DNA of 63,640 bases, the filler included, from Globobulimina sp. (lineage: Eukaryota), in NCBI GenBank assembly GCA_003354225.1. It is 52 parts of 52 records of this genome, joined end to end, with 100 filler letters (N's around TTAATTAATTAA, not from the genome) between each part and the next. Parts side by side here need not be neighbours in the genome. Positions count along the whole stretch, not along the records: positions 1 to 1,127 come from PIVH01022842.1; positions 1,228 to 2,354 come from PIVH01022843.1; positions 2,455 to 3,581 come from PIVH01022844.1; positions 3,682 to 4,808 come from PIVH01022845.1; positions 4,909 to 6,035 come from PIVH01022846.1; positions 6,136 to 7,262 come from PIVH01022847.1; positions 7,363 to 8,489 come from PIVH01022848.1; positions 8,590 to 9,716 come from PIVH01022849.1; 44 more parts are not named here. One strand, 5' to 3'. Under the pieces are notes generated by a model, which saw only the letters and a program-made list of their open reading frames with translations, did no database searches and had not been told where the DNA came from. Positions within the stretch are counted from its first letter, which is position 1. Each line of letters begins with the position of its first letter. The position numbers and the translations under genes are program-made. This document shows, piece after piece, positions 1-11,163 of this stretch.

Positions 1-158
1 CGATGTTGGCACCATGCTCGACATTGAGACAATAATGTTTTTAATGTCGGGCATTTAATGTTGACATGAAAAAAGCTTTGTGGATTTATTTTTTTTGCCC
101 CACACTGCTGTTTCACAAGTAAGAAAACTCCACAATTCTGTTCCGCAAAAAATGAGCC

Positions 159-212
159 GAATAAGAATGCGAATGAGAATAAGAATGCGAATGAGAATAA
201 GAATGCGAATGA
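159..212 (+). repeat. 18-bp tandem repeat GAATAAGAATGCGAATGA x3
   Basis: Directly visible. Confidence 0.9.
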
Positions 213-232
213 AATTAAGGATGAGAATAAGA

Positions 233-325
233 GGAAGGAAAATAGGTTAATAATAAAATGTTAAAGGTAACATTTAACTTTTTGCTTTTCAGTTTGAAAT
301 TACTGTTTTTTACTGTAAACTCTTT
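233..325 (+). repeat. 93-bp dispersed repeat, identical to the reverse complement of 24555..24647
   Basis: Base-by-base comparison of the two contigs. Confidence 0.93.
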
Positions 326-419
326 AGTTCCTGTATGGATGATTTTAGTCCCTTTATCGAAGAAATTGACTCTATCGAAGATTAAAAATAATGCAAATTA
401 TGTGCCAATATGGACGACG

Positions 420-990
420 CAAATGTCAACAAATCGAAATGTGGATTTTAAAAAAATATTGTATACGCCGGCGACTATGAAGAGTTATATGTCGATATCG
501 ATGAATGTGATGACTCGCGAATTGGTGACGTTTGTTCATCAGTGGAAAGTTGATCATATGATGGAAACAAAAGATATTCCGTGGTGGGTAACCGATGAAG
601 GTCTATATTATAACATTGATAATCCAAAATGGAGTGATATGAAGGCAGAATATAAATTTTTTGGTGATTTGTGTGAGGCGATACATGGCCCCACATTGAG
701 AAAAGATGGCTCAAAATGTGGATTTTGCAATCAAGCGGTCGGTGCAGCCGGTATTCAAACGTTATTGAATGAGATTTGTGATGATTTTGGTGTGCCACTG
801 TCTATGGAATGAGAAAAACGTTGGCAACGTCGAACAAAGTGGCGATGTTTTTGCAGCATCAGCGTGCACAAAACATAAATCATTAGCTGCATTACATCGG
901 TATCAAAAAAGTGATAAAAATGAAGAAAATCTGACTAAAGTAATTCGGGAATATATGGATGAGCATATTAATGATGCTGCAGAATATTTT
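420..990 (+). pseudogene. Frameshifted tyrosine-recombinase C-terminal domain (Crypton/DIRS-like)
   Basis: Three frames join as NQAVGAAGIQTLLNEICDDFGV / ATVYGMRKTLAT (794-829) / VEQSGDVFAASACTKHKSLAALHRYQ, matching YR (H/Y)xxR and HxS-x5-Y motifs. Confidence 0.6.
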
Positions 991-1127
991 CATGGATCGG
1001 ATGCAGTAGATAATGATATGAATGTCGATAATGATGGCAATGGCAATTATGACGTGCCTTTATTTGATTTGAATGAGGAAAATGGTGACAATGGCGACAA
1101 TTATCATAATCAGAATAATTTACATAA

Positions 1128-1227
1128 NNNNNNNNNNNNNNNNNNNNNNNNNNNNNNNNNNNNNNNNNNNNTTAATTAATTAANNNNNNNNNNNNNNNNN
1201 NNNNNNNNNNNNNNNNNNNNNNNNNNN
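1128..1227. other. Artificial contig spacer N44-TTAATTAATTAA-N44 (first of 51, recurring every ~1226 bp)
   Basis: Identical 100-bp spacer with stops in all six frames between fragments of near-identical, decreasing length. Confidence 0.99.
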
Positions 1228-1480
1228 TGGCTTTTTGCCCTGTACCTGAAACAGCCTGATAAGTGGAGACAATTATTTTTGTTATAGGAGAGAGCTTATG
1301 GATAGGAAAAAGTGCTACTAACATCTGAATTGTTGAGCAATTTGGATTTGCGATTATTCCATTATGTCTTAAAGCTTCCTCAGGATTTACTTCAGGAACA
1401 ACTAAAGGTACTTCCTGATGCATTCTAAAACAACTTGAATTGTCTATAACAACAGTTCCGTTTTGGGCAGCAAGTGCAAT
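1228..1480 (-). CDS. asd: Aspartate-semialdehyde dehydrogenase, internal bacterial-type fragment
   Basis: [30 protein letters not shown] (catalytic Cys), [10 protein letters not shown]; similarity lost above ~1480. Confidence 0.93.
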
Positions 1481-1870
1481 ACCAATAACATCCAACAATG
1501 TTTCGACTAATGGCCAGCATAAGGCCATAGACGGCGGCATGTCATATCTTAAGTATTTCACGCACCAAATACTTTGCCGTACAGCTCTTATTGCAGTACA
1601 TAACTTTAATAATCTCATCCTGTTACAATTGACAGTTTCCACTGTTTTCGCTAATTTAAATTTTTCAATTAAAATATTGTAATAACCACTTTCTATGATT
1701 GCCTTTGTAATGAGGAAGGATCCAATTTGGCCAGCAACGAATACTGATCTCCAGACATAATTGGCAGCGAACGTTGAATGTGCATTTCTGGCATCAAATA
1801 CCCACTGATTCCAAGCTTCCATGTTCTATCAGTCTATCACTTCAAGAAAACTGCACAAACAACAATTAGA

Positions 1871-2354
1871 ATGGCTGTGTTCATTGCACCAATATTGCTA
1901 TTATTATTCGAATGTGCATTGGCAGCGGTAACTCGGCCAACACTTTCATTCAAACCCAATTTCTTAATTATCGTAGTGGATAATTTTGAATATACTACAT
2001 ATTGGGACCATTCATATCCAGAAGGAACAACCTTAGCACATAACAATGTCGTTTCTTATTTAGACGTTTACCTTCCAACCATTGAATCGTTCATCGATGA
2101 AAGTATTGTATTTCCGCGTTCCTACGCCAATCCAACGTGTGCAGTTTCAAGATTTTCCATTTTAACCGGACGACAAGCTGTAAAATCTCAATATTCCATC
2201 AGTAAAACGTTAAGCAGCGCCACTCAAGATTTAACAGAAGGGGTAGCAGCGACTGTATCCCGTACGAAACTATACGGTGCAGATGATACTATAAATAACA
2301 TACCGTACGTGTTAAACAATTATGGTGGATATGAGACCGGGATGATTGGAAAAT
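1871..2354 (+). CDS. Secreted sulfatase-family protein, N-terminal part
   Basis: Signal peptide, KPNFLIIVVD, CAVSRFSILTGR (CxxxR formylglycine motif), GYETGMIGK. Confidence 0.85.
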
Positions 2355-2837
2355 NNNNNNNNNNNNNNNNNNNNNNNNNNNNNNNNNNNNNNNNNNNNTT
2401 AATTAATTAANNNNNNNNNNNNNNNNNNNNNNNNNNNNNNNNNNNNNNNNNNNNTATAGTGATAAAATAGTGAAAGAAATTGAAAATGGATTACATGCAA
2501 TACTATTAACCTAAATATTATTTAATTTTGTTATTTAATGTTTTTTAAGCAGACAAAAGTAAAAAAAAAGGTTTTGTATTACAATCTATGATATGTTAAT
2601 GAAAGGAATGCATTTAAGTCAGAGGTGTTTAGAGGTTCGCATATTGCTGGAACAATTATAACCTTGTGAGAGTTTGCAAGGTTACAAAAAAATATTACAG
2701 TTGATAATGACCAACAAAGCTTATATATAGGTCAAAATATCAACAATTCACTTGTTCGGACTTCGGACAAAAGATTTATTTAAGCTGGTTTTCATCTAAG
2801 TAGTTATTATAATAATCACAAACTCATTTAAAATAAA

Positions 2838-2990
2838 TGTCATCGTAAATATTAAAATTATTTAAATTGAGGCAAAAAAAAATCCACATAGTCAATAAAA
2901 ATCCAAAGTAAAATATTAATGCATATTTTATTGGTGATGTTGATTTTTTTTTGTTTGAATGGCCTCAATTTATTTTAGATTATTTATGAC
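2838..2990. repeat. Degenerate inverted repeat (MITE-like)
   Basis: AAATTGAGGC-A9-TC...CAATAAAAAT mirrored by ATTTTTATTG...T9...GCCTCAATTT with an indel. Confidence 0.55.
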
Positions 2991-3372
2991 GGAGCGTAGT
3001 GTTGAAAGGTGGTGAAAACACCCATTTGACACGTGTATGTTATAACGAAATTAAAAACACGTAGCAGTGATCACGCGTCGTTTTGTATACACTGTTGTCA
3101 CCAAACATGTGCTAACGCTTAGTGATAACGCTTAAGTTATTCCCATTCCTTTATCACTGTCGAGTTGATACCATTGAGTGATCACCAATAAGTTATCACA
3201 AAAAGTTGTCACTCTTGGGTTGTTAACATTGATGGAACACCAATAAGTCATCACCAATGCATTATCACTGCTGCGTTGTTAACATACTGAATTTTTAAAA
3301 AACTTTTCGAACAGAGCCGTTCAGTTCGAAAAGGTCCCACCATGTCCAGAAGAAAAGGAAACAACATATTAT

Positions 3373-3443
3373 TATCGCTTAGCTCAAGAAGAGCCCTGGA
3401 TCGATGGATCCAGAAGATTCAGGTTCAAATCCTGATGCGACCG
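3373..3443 (+). pseudogene. tRNA-like pseudogene or tRNA-derived SINE head
   Basis: TAGCTCAA A-box, AGAGC, stem CTGGA/TCCAG, T-arm TCAGG-TTCAAAT-CCTGA; acceptor stem has 3 mismatches and the anticodon loop is 8 nt. Confidence 0.7.
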
Positions 3444-3870
3444 CACGTACACAAACAAGCAACGAAAAGAATATGCATTGGCGAAATGTCACTTATATGT
3501 CAGGTTTTGTTATTTTTAATGTTGAAACTTGTGAACAGAATAGATTACAAAACACATGGAATTGTAAAAGAAAATACAATANNNNNNNNNNNNNNNNNNN
3601 NNNNNNNNNNNNNNNNNNNNNNNNNTTAATTAATTAANNNNNNNNNNNNNNNNNNNNNNNNNNNNNNNNNNNNNNNNNNNNGGACCAAATAACGACTTTT
3701 TGGATGAAGGACTCACAGAAGTTGAATGATAATATTATGAACTTACAAATCATCATCAGTTGTTGATACATCCCATTTGGCCGAATCAGTAACATCGCTC
3801 GCCCTAAATAAGACAAATTGTTTTTTGACAGTAATTTACTCGCAATCTACTGTCAGTACAGCTACTAGAG

Positions 3871-4520
3871 CAGGGTTCGTGCGCAAATCCGAAATCTAAA
3901 TTCCCTGACTTTTCCCTGATCCCAAACCCAAAATTCCCTGATTTTTTTGAAGTTTTGCGAAAATCGCTAATATGAATTTCTTACAGTAGGAATGAATTCT
4001 GGCCGAAGGCCAAAAATTTTGAGAACATTCGTGTTACGAACGCAAATTTCAATGCGTTTACAGTTGATATAAAAATTGATGTGCACGATTGTTACAACAT
4101 CACAGAGTCGGGGGTCTCTACAATGTGATGGATCCTTAAATCGCGGCCGGACCGCAACACCTCTAACACCATTAATTAGCTGGACTAGCTCGAACTTTTT
4201 TTCAAAAAGTTCGATTTACAAAAACCTGTGATAAATTTTATATTAAAACTGAACGTTCGATATTTATAAAACAATCAAATGACTCATTGCATGACAATTA
4301 AATAAATTATGAAACATAATCAAAACGAGTTCTCGATGCGGATTTTTTTCCTCCAATTTGTAGGGCAAAAACTTTGAGACAGAATGCCAAATTTTTTGAG
4401 ATAATCGGTGTTAAGATTTACGAACGCAAAGTTAAACACAAGTTACAGTAAGTTAAGTTAGTTTAAACACTCCCTGATTGGAGGCTGAATTCCCTGACTT
4501 TTCCCTGATTCCGCATGAAC
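3871..4520 (+). mobile_element. Probable non-autonomous DNA transposon (hAT-like ends)
   Basis: Left end CAGGGTTCGTGCG, degenerate right end CGCATGAAC, subterminal direct repeat AATTCCCTGACTTTTCCCTGAT at ~3899 and ~4488. Confidence 0.6.
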
Positions 4521-4614
4521 AGATCAAGCAATAGCAGATAGATGGAGATCTTCCTTCACTACCAGGAATTGGGGGAAAACAGAATGGGGGAAAACGGCCT
4601 CAAGCATATCATAT

Positions 4615-4719
4615 AAATCTGTAATTGAAACTTGTTGCAAAATAATGTTTGAAACATGTTTCATATGATATGAAACATGTTTCAACCATTATTTTGCAAC
4701 AAGTTTCAATTACAGATTT
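4615..4719. repeat. 105-bp near-perfect palindrome (52-bp arms, 1-nt loop, 1 mismatch)
   Basis: Arms 4615-4666 and 4668-4719 compared directly. Confidence 0.95.
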
Positions 4720-5260
4720 CTATACGTGGTGTGGTGGTGTTTGATCTTCCATAAAAATGACAACATTATGTCGATTTACAGATAATTATATCTGACTGTT
4801 TGATCTTCNNNNNNNNNNNNNNNNNNNNNNNNNNNNNNNNNNNNNNNNNNNNTTAATTAATTAANNNNNNNNNNNNNNNNNNNNNNNNNNNNNNNNNNNN
4901 NNNNNNNNATAAAACTGCTGCGTCGGCCACAAAATGTGAAGTAGCTATTCTGGCACTTTGTTGGTTGCAATCATTCCGTACCAGATAAATAACGTAAAAT
5001 ATCAAATCGAATTACTGCATTGTTTGAAAGCCATTTGCGACAAAACCAAGAATTACTGCAGATTTGAAATCTTATCTGAATACAAACAAAGCAGTCATAT
5101 TACAGTTGAATTAATTTAATTTAATATGAATGCCTTTGTTTGTTCCCATAATCTCATGACGGAATTAAACCGTTTCTTTATATATTTCATGCAAATAATA
5201 CCTGCAATATATCTGACAATTAAAACAAATGAAATGAAATGAAATTGTTAATAATGTTGA

Positions 5261-5333
5261 GGTGTACTGGCGCAATCGGAAGCGCGTAACGTTCGCAACG
5301 TTAAGGCACCGGGATCGAAACCCGGGTACTCCA
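5261..5333 (+). tRNA. tRNA-Ala(CGC), eukaryotic type, with U3:U70 mismatch
   Basis: Full cloverleaf: D stem GCGC/GCGC, anticodon arm TAACG-TTCGCAA-CGTTA, T arm CCGGG-ATCGAAA-CCCGG, discriminator A73. Confidence 0.9.
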
Positions 5334-6135
5334 ATCCTCAGAAACTGAAATGTATTTTTTGTTACTAAAATTTTTTAGACTTTTTTTTCAGTCAATCAAC
5401 AATCTTTTGAATTTAAGAGATATTGCATTCCAAATGGTTTGTTTATTATCAACATCATAGATTTGCAATATATTTTAAATCTGAAAATAAATTTGAAGCG
5501 GACTTCGCATTTGATAGTTTTGGAGGAATTTGTAAAAAAGTTAAACAATTATGTAACGCAGCATTATTATACAAGGCAGATTATGATTATAAAGAATATG
5601 ATTGAAACATTGAGAAACCAGAGGCTGGGCAATCTAAATAGTTTCTAAAATAGTTTCTAAAATACGTAATTTACCAACATTCCCTAATTTTATGCAAGAG
5701 ATATTTTCCAATGAATTAGAAATTGCATGAAATGAATACTTTTAATTAATCCTGGAATGTAGTAAAAACGCGACAGTTTAGGAAAAGTTAGTTAACTGGA
5801 GTCAATTCATTTTCATTCATGACCATTCAATTCCATTTTTTCGTTTGTATCAAGGCCGGAAAGACCCATGAATGCAAGTCATAGTTGGATTGAGTGTTTA
5901 ATATACAAACATGTGACAATTTATATTGTGATCGTGATTGGATCTTGAATGAGTGTTAGTACCGCAAATGATTTACCATCATAGCAGAGATTTATCATAT
6001 AGAAATTCTAACTTTATCCAGCATGACGTCGCCATNNNNNNNNNNNNNNNNNNNNNNNNNNNNNNNNNNNNNNNNNNNNTTAATTAATTAANNNNNNNNN
6101 NNNNNNNNNNNNNNNNNNNNNNNNNNNNNNNNNNN

Positions 6136-6402
6136 GGTAACTCAGAGGATGTGGACACAATGGATTTGAGTGAACTGCATAAATTGGAAACGCATTTACA
6201 ATCTGGAATTAATCGGATAAAGAAAGCACAGAAACTTTTATCGGAATGTTGTTGTTGTTATGCCAACAGACCAAATATAGTTTTTATTGATGGGTGCGAC
6301 CATTGTACGGTTTGCGAGCAATGCGAAAAAAATATGGTTGGAAAACATTGTCCACGATGCAATACACCATATACCAATGTGAAAATAATTAATTTTGGTT
6401 AA
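6136..6402 (+). CDS. C-terminal RING finger (C3HC4, IAP/MDM2-like), 5' partial
   Basis: CxxC...CxHxxxCxxC...CPxC at the extreme C-terminus. Confidence 0.85.
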   Translation, partial: GNSEDVDTMDLSELHKLETHLQSGINRIKKAQKLLSECCCCYANRPNIVFIDGCDHCTVCEQCEKNMVGKHCPRCNTPYTNVKIINFG

Positions 6403-6756
6403 AATTGTAAACTTTTAAGTTTTCTTTGAAATTCGCAAATTCGCAAATTCGCAATTAACTCATTTAATTGCATGGAACGGAGTTTCAAATCGCAAAGATA
6501 TATATAATCAAAAATTAAAGTTTTGAAGAAATTAGACTTTTTTAGTGAATGAAAAGAGCAACGTACATCAAATTAAATAAATGTCATCTCAATCCAGAAA
6601 AATGCAAAATATCACGCATATTTTGTCACAAAAACCATAAATATCCATAATGAATGCTGTGCTCATAATCATATCGATCACTAACGGTCTCATAATTAAA
6701 GTCATAATCTATTCTATCGATATCCGATTATCCGTGCAATTGATAATTAGAGTATA

Positions 6757-7262
6757 ATGTATTGGGTTGGAATTTTATTGAATTGGGTGGGATTCGGTGA
6801 AAATTATCCTCATCATCAGAATGAATCAAACAAAACAGAGAACAGCCTGAATAATAATAATTATTCTGATGAATTTATAGCTGTTCATCAAGAAATATGT
6901 GATCAAGATAATGATACTGACGATATAAAGGAAGATAGTGATATTGAGGAAGACAATGATACTGAGAATATGAAGGAAGATGTAGTAAATGATGGACCAT
7001 TGCAAGAAATCAGCAGTTCCAGCACAGAATTTGCACATTTAGTTTCTCAAAAAGTATCAGTTGAGTCCCAAAATGGTATCGGTATCGGTTATATTCCAAC
7101 AAATGCCAGTTACAGAAATACAAAAAATCGTAATAACAAAAAACAAGCAAAAAAAACAAAAAAATGCCGCCGCAAAAAAATACCAAAAAGAATATGGAAA
7201 AGATTTATGAAAATAAAACGTAGAAATGACAGAAAGAAAGCAGCTAAAAATAAAAAAAAATT
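6757..7262 (+). CDS. Hypothetical acidic then Lys/Arg-rich protein, 3' partial
   Basis: Open frame with biased composition only. Confidence 0.4.
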
Positions 7263-7409
7263 NNNNNNNNNNNNNNNNNNNNNNNNNNNNNNNNNNNNNN
7301 NNNNNNTTAATTAATTAANNNNNNNNNNNNNNNNNNNNNNNNNNNNNNNNNNNNNNNNNNNNAAAATAACTCTGATTTCATGTGCTATGAAATTATTAAT
7401 TGTATTTGT

Positions 7410-8438
7410 TTACATTGTAACACAACAGCAATCTTTCTGAGTGCATTTGGCATTCATCTTTTGTTCATGAGAAATATCATTGCATCCATCAAATGCACAT
7501 ATAACCGATTTTGGCGCATTCAATTGTTCATTTTCATAAATTCGATTTTCCATTTTACTCCCTTCTGATTCAGGAATTTTTTGATTGTTCTTTGATTTTA
7601 ATATTTTTCTCAATTGTTCCAAATCTTGACGTGTTTGTGCTGAATCCATTTCCTTTTGGATATGATTTAAATACTTCGTTATTTTTATAATTCGTCTATT
7701 TATCATTTGTGCATAACCCGACGATTTATCATTCATTTTATTATCATTTATTAATAACCATTCCATTTCTTTAAAATCCATCCATTTTGAATGTAACATC
7801 ATCTTTAACAAATTGCACGAATTTGAATGATTAAAATGTTCAGATATTATGATATGATTTATGATCAAAGACATATCTGATTTATGACAAGTATCAACTA
7901 ATAATTTATACGAATTATCACAAACTCCATTCCTCGTTATATAATCAATAATTATTTCCATAATATTTATTCTTGAATCATTGCACAAAAATGGAATATT
8001 TCGATTCAAAAAATCTCGAATAAATGTAATATGTTCAACGGAAAACCAAATATCAATCACTTCCCATTTTTTTTCGAATTCAATGATTTTATCACTGCCC
8101 ATTAACCAGTCCAGAAACCAAAATGCAAAGTTTGTGTAAACATTGTATTTTTTATTTGTTTTCTTCATTTCATTATAACCAAAATCAAGCATATCCCGCA
8201 ATTTGATAGGAATTAAAAACCACAAATGATCATTCATTAATATTGGATCAATGATAATATCCATCAGTCGTTGCATTATACGCAATGGCTGAGTTAAAGA
8301 GGCATCATATTGATATTCATACTTTGTTTCAGGTTTTGCCATTCCTGAAATGTTAAATAATTTGTCAGCAATTTTCATTTTTGAATTTAATGATAATTTA
8401 TCATTTATGACTAATTTAGATATTATTTTTTCCATCAT
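7410..8438 (-). CDS. Hypothetical helical protein, probably partial
   Basis: 342-aa open frame in AT-rich DNA; no recognised motif. Confidence 0.6.
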   Translation of the reverse strand: MMEKIISKLVINDKLSLNSKMKIADKLFNISGMAKPETKYEYQYDASLTQPLRIMQRLMDIIIDPILMNDHLWFLIPIKLRDMLDFGYNEMKKTNKKYNVYTNFAFWFLDWLMGSDKIIEFEKKWEVIDIWFSVEHITFIRDFLNRNIPFLCNDSRINIMEIIIDYITRNGVCDNSYKLLVDTCHKSDMSLIINHIIISEHFNHSNSCNLLKMMLHSKWMDFKEMEWLLINDNKMNDKSSGYAQMINRRIIKITKYLNHIQKEMDSAQTRQDLEQLRKILKSKNNQKIPESEGSKMENRIYENEQLNAPKSVICAFDGCNDISHEQKMNAKCTQKDCCCVTM

Positions 8439-9039
8439 TTTCGTTTCTTGTTCATGATGATTGTAATTTATTTTTTGTAATAATTTATCNNNNNNNNNNN
8501 NNNNNNNNNNNNNNNNNNNNNNNNNNNNNNNNNTTAATTAATTAANNNNNNNNNNNNNNNNNNNNNNNNNNNNNNNNNNNNNNNNNNNNAAATGAAAAGA
8601 ACACTGCTTGTTTGTAATATAATATTATATATATATATATATATATATTTCTGTTTGATGAAATTTTGTGAAATTGGACATCCTGATATCAGGATAGTTT
8701 TGTACGTGATATTGTTGGTTGCTTTTCATATTGAAATGGAATGATGCTTCTTCTGTCGACCTAACAAGGATCCATATTAAACACTTTGTTCGTAAAGTTT
8801 TTCAGTCTTAATATTTTAACTCTTTTTTTTAATTCTCACTGGCAGTCGAAAGCATGGGACTGACTACTTTGCTGCTGGTCGTGTGTTCCATTTACGTACT
8901 GCTACTATCATTTAATAATGGCAATGATTGTGCAGATCTATCCCCAACACATTGCAGCTTCGTCAAATATATCTAGTTTTTTTTTTTAATTTAAATAACA
9001 ACGAACAAAAACAAATTAGATTGTCAATCCTCAGCAAAT

Positions 9040-9716
9040 ATGGATATTATATTTGCCATTGATACCACCAGCTTCGACTCACAATTAGCAGTCATCCAGA
9101 CATTTTTACTTGATTTGTTTCATCGAAATTATTTCACTCTAAACACATATTTTGGATTTGTATTATTTGATGATACCTATGTCACTCCCACATCCATTCG
9201 ATTTTGGCGAAATGATGACATAGAAACATTTATAAACACCACCATTGTCTCCGTATTAGACGTCGACAGCAACGCTAACATTGCCAATGCCATCAGTGAA
9301 TCCATAAATTTATTTCAAAAATCAAGGACTGTGACCACCACACAACGCGCATTAATAATGATAACACACAATAACCCGTCCACTACAGCGCAATACGAAA
9401 ATGTTTGCTTATATTCAAACAGCGTAAACGATGAGGAAATACATCTAAACATCATTAAAGTGGAACAATTATCCACAGCAAACTTTGAGTGCGTCATCAG
9501 CTCAAACAATGACAATTGGTTCGAAGTTGCCAGTTGGGAACAGACTGATTTCTATAAAATATATCCTGACTTGAAACATATATTTTGCGCCACCTCGACC
9601 ACCACAGCTCCACCAACAAACGCTCAAAATATCATAAATTACGCAAGGAGTGCTGATTATTCATTAACTGTCCGTGACACCAATATATGGACTCTATATA
9701 GCACAGAAAGTGCCAT
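9040..9716 (+). CDS. von Willebrand factor A domain protein (likely secreted; signal-like exon from 8854), 3' partial
   Basis: DIIFAIDTTS MIDAS-like strand, FGFVLFDD, ALIMITHN. Confidence 0.8.
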
Positions 9717-11163
9717 NNNNNNNNNNNNNNNNNNNNNNNNNNNNNNNNNNNNNNNNNNNNTTAATTAATTAANNNNNNNNNNNNNNNNNNNNNNNNNNNN
9801 NNNNNNNNNNNNNNNNGATCTGTCTATTTTAATCAAATTGGTTCCAAAACAAACACAAATATACAAACTATAATATCAAAGGTTGGTTAGGTGTACTTGT
9901 AAATGCGATGTAAATGCGATAAGAAGAGTGCGCGCGCCCTATTCAGGGTAGCGCCGTACGAAGCCTCTAAATACTATACAAGAACACGACGGTAGCGTAA
10001 TTGATCGGAAACGTACATCCAAACCGCACCCGACCGTATGTGCGATTGCCGAGGAAGCCAGTAGCCAAGTTACCATATATGGAACCGTTTGAATAGGCGA
10101 CAGATTAAAGCATAATCGTTTATGACTGTACCAAATACAATATATAAATACAAATAAGAGTGTAGTCGAGCAACATATAGTCGATGGAATCAGCAAGTAA
10201 AGTCACAATGATAAGAGTCTATTATGATCGTAAATGTGTTTCCAGTTGCAGCTGGAGTTGCCATAATTCGGTCAGCAGTAGGCAAATTTCTGCGGTTGCC
10301 TAGCAACAATCAATTGACTTGTAATCTAAGGTGTTTGCCGAAATATGATAGCTTGATATCATATGCCTCCCCATCCCAATTGATGTCCTTTGAATCCATT
10401 GTCACTTCCTTAAAAGTTCGATTGATCAGGTCGAAAGTTTTTGGGGAGTGTCACGGATGATAGGGAATCTTGAAATAGTTCTGTAATGATCTTCTATCTA
10501 TTTCTATGGACCAATACATGGATGTAGGTGCTGTCATAATGGCAATAATAGATTTCTTCACCGTGGATTACAGTATTTCCTCGTGATTTGATGGTATAAT
10601 TGACGGTCATCTTGTCATCATGGTATAATTCTTCAACGGTTCCATCCCTTGATTGTAATCGGACCTGAAATTATAAAAACGGCAGCATACTATTCTTATC
10701 AAGTGTAAATATATGGTTTGTGCTCCCTTTGCATGTAATTTAGGCGCTACCGTAACCTACATAAATGGCTACAGTACTCATTATGCCTTAAAAGTTTTCT
10801 TTTAGTGGTTAGTTAATTTTACTAAACTGAACATGCATACTGTACGTACAGCTACAAAACCCTTCATCATTTTGGTTGAAAAGTACATACTGCGATTTTA
10901 CGATAGTACTGTATGTACTGTTGTTTATGCAGTTGACGTTAGCNNNNNNNNNNNNNNNNNNNNNNNNNNNNNNNNNNNNNNNNNNNNTTAATTAATTAAN
11001 NNNNNNNNNNNNNNNNNNNNNNNNNNNNNNNNNNNNNNNNNNNCTTGTTTTCATGAAATTATCAATAATGCAAATCAAGTAATTTTCCTGTTTCAAGTTA
11101 ATGTCAACCTGAAACGTTTTCGTGAAAATATACTACCTGAAGTTCGCGCTAGCTTTCTGACTA

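Noticed and set aside
10493..10664. Possible ubiquitin-like exon on the minus strand
   Set aside because: Resemblance too weak and followed by stops.
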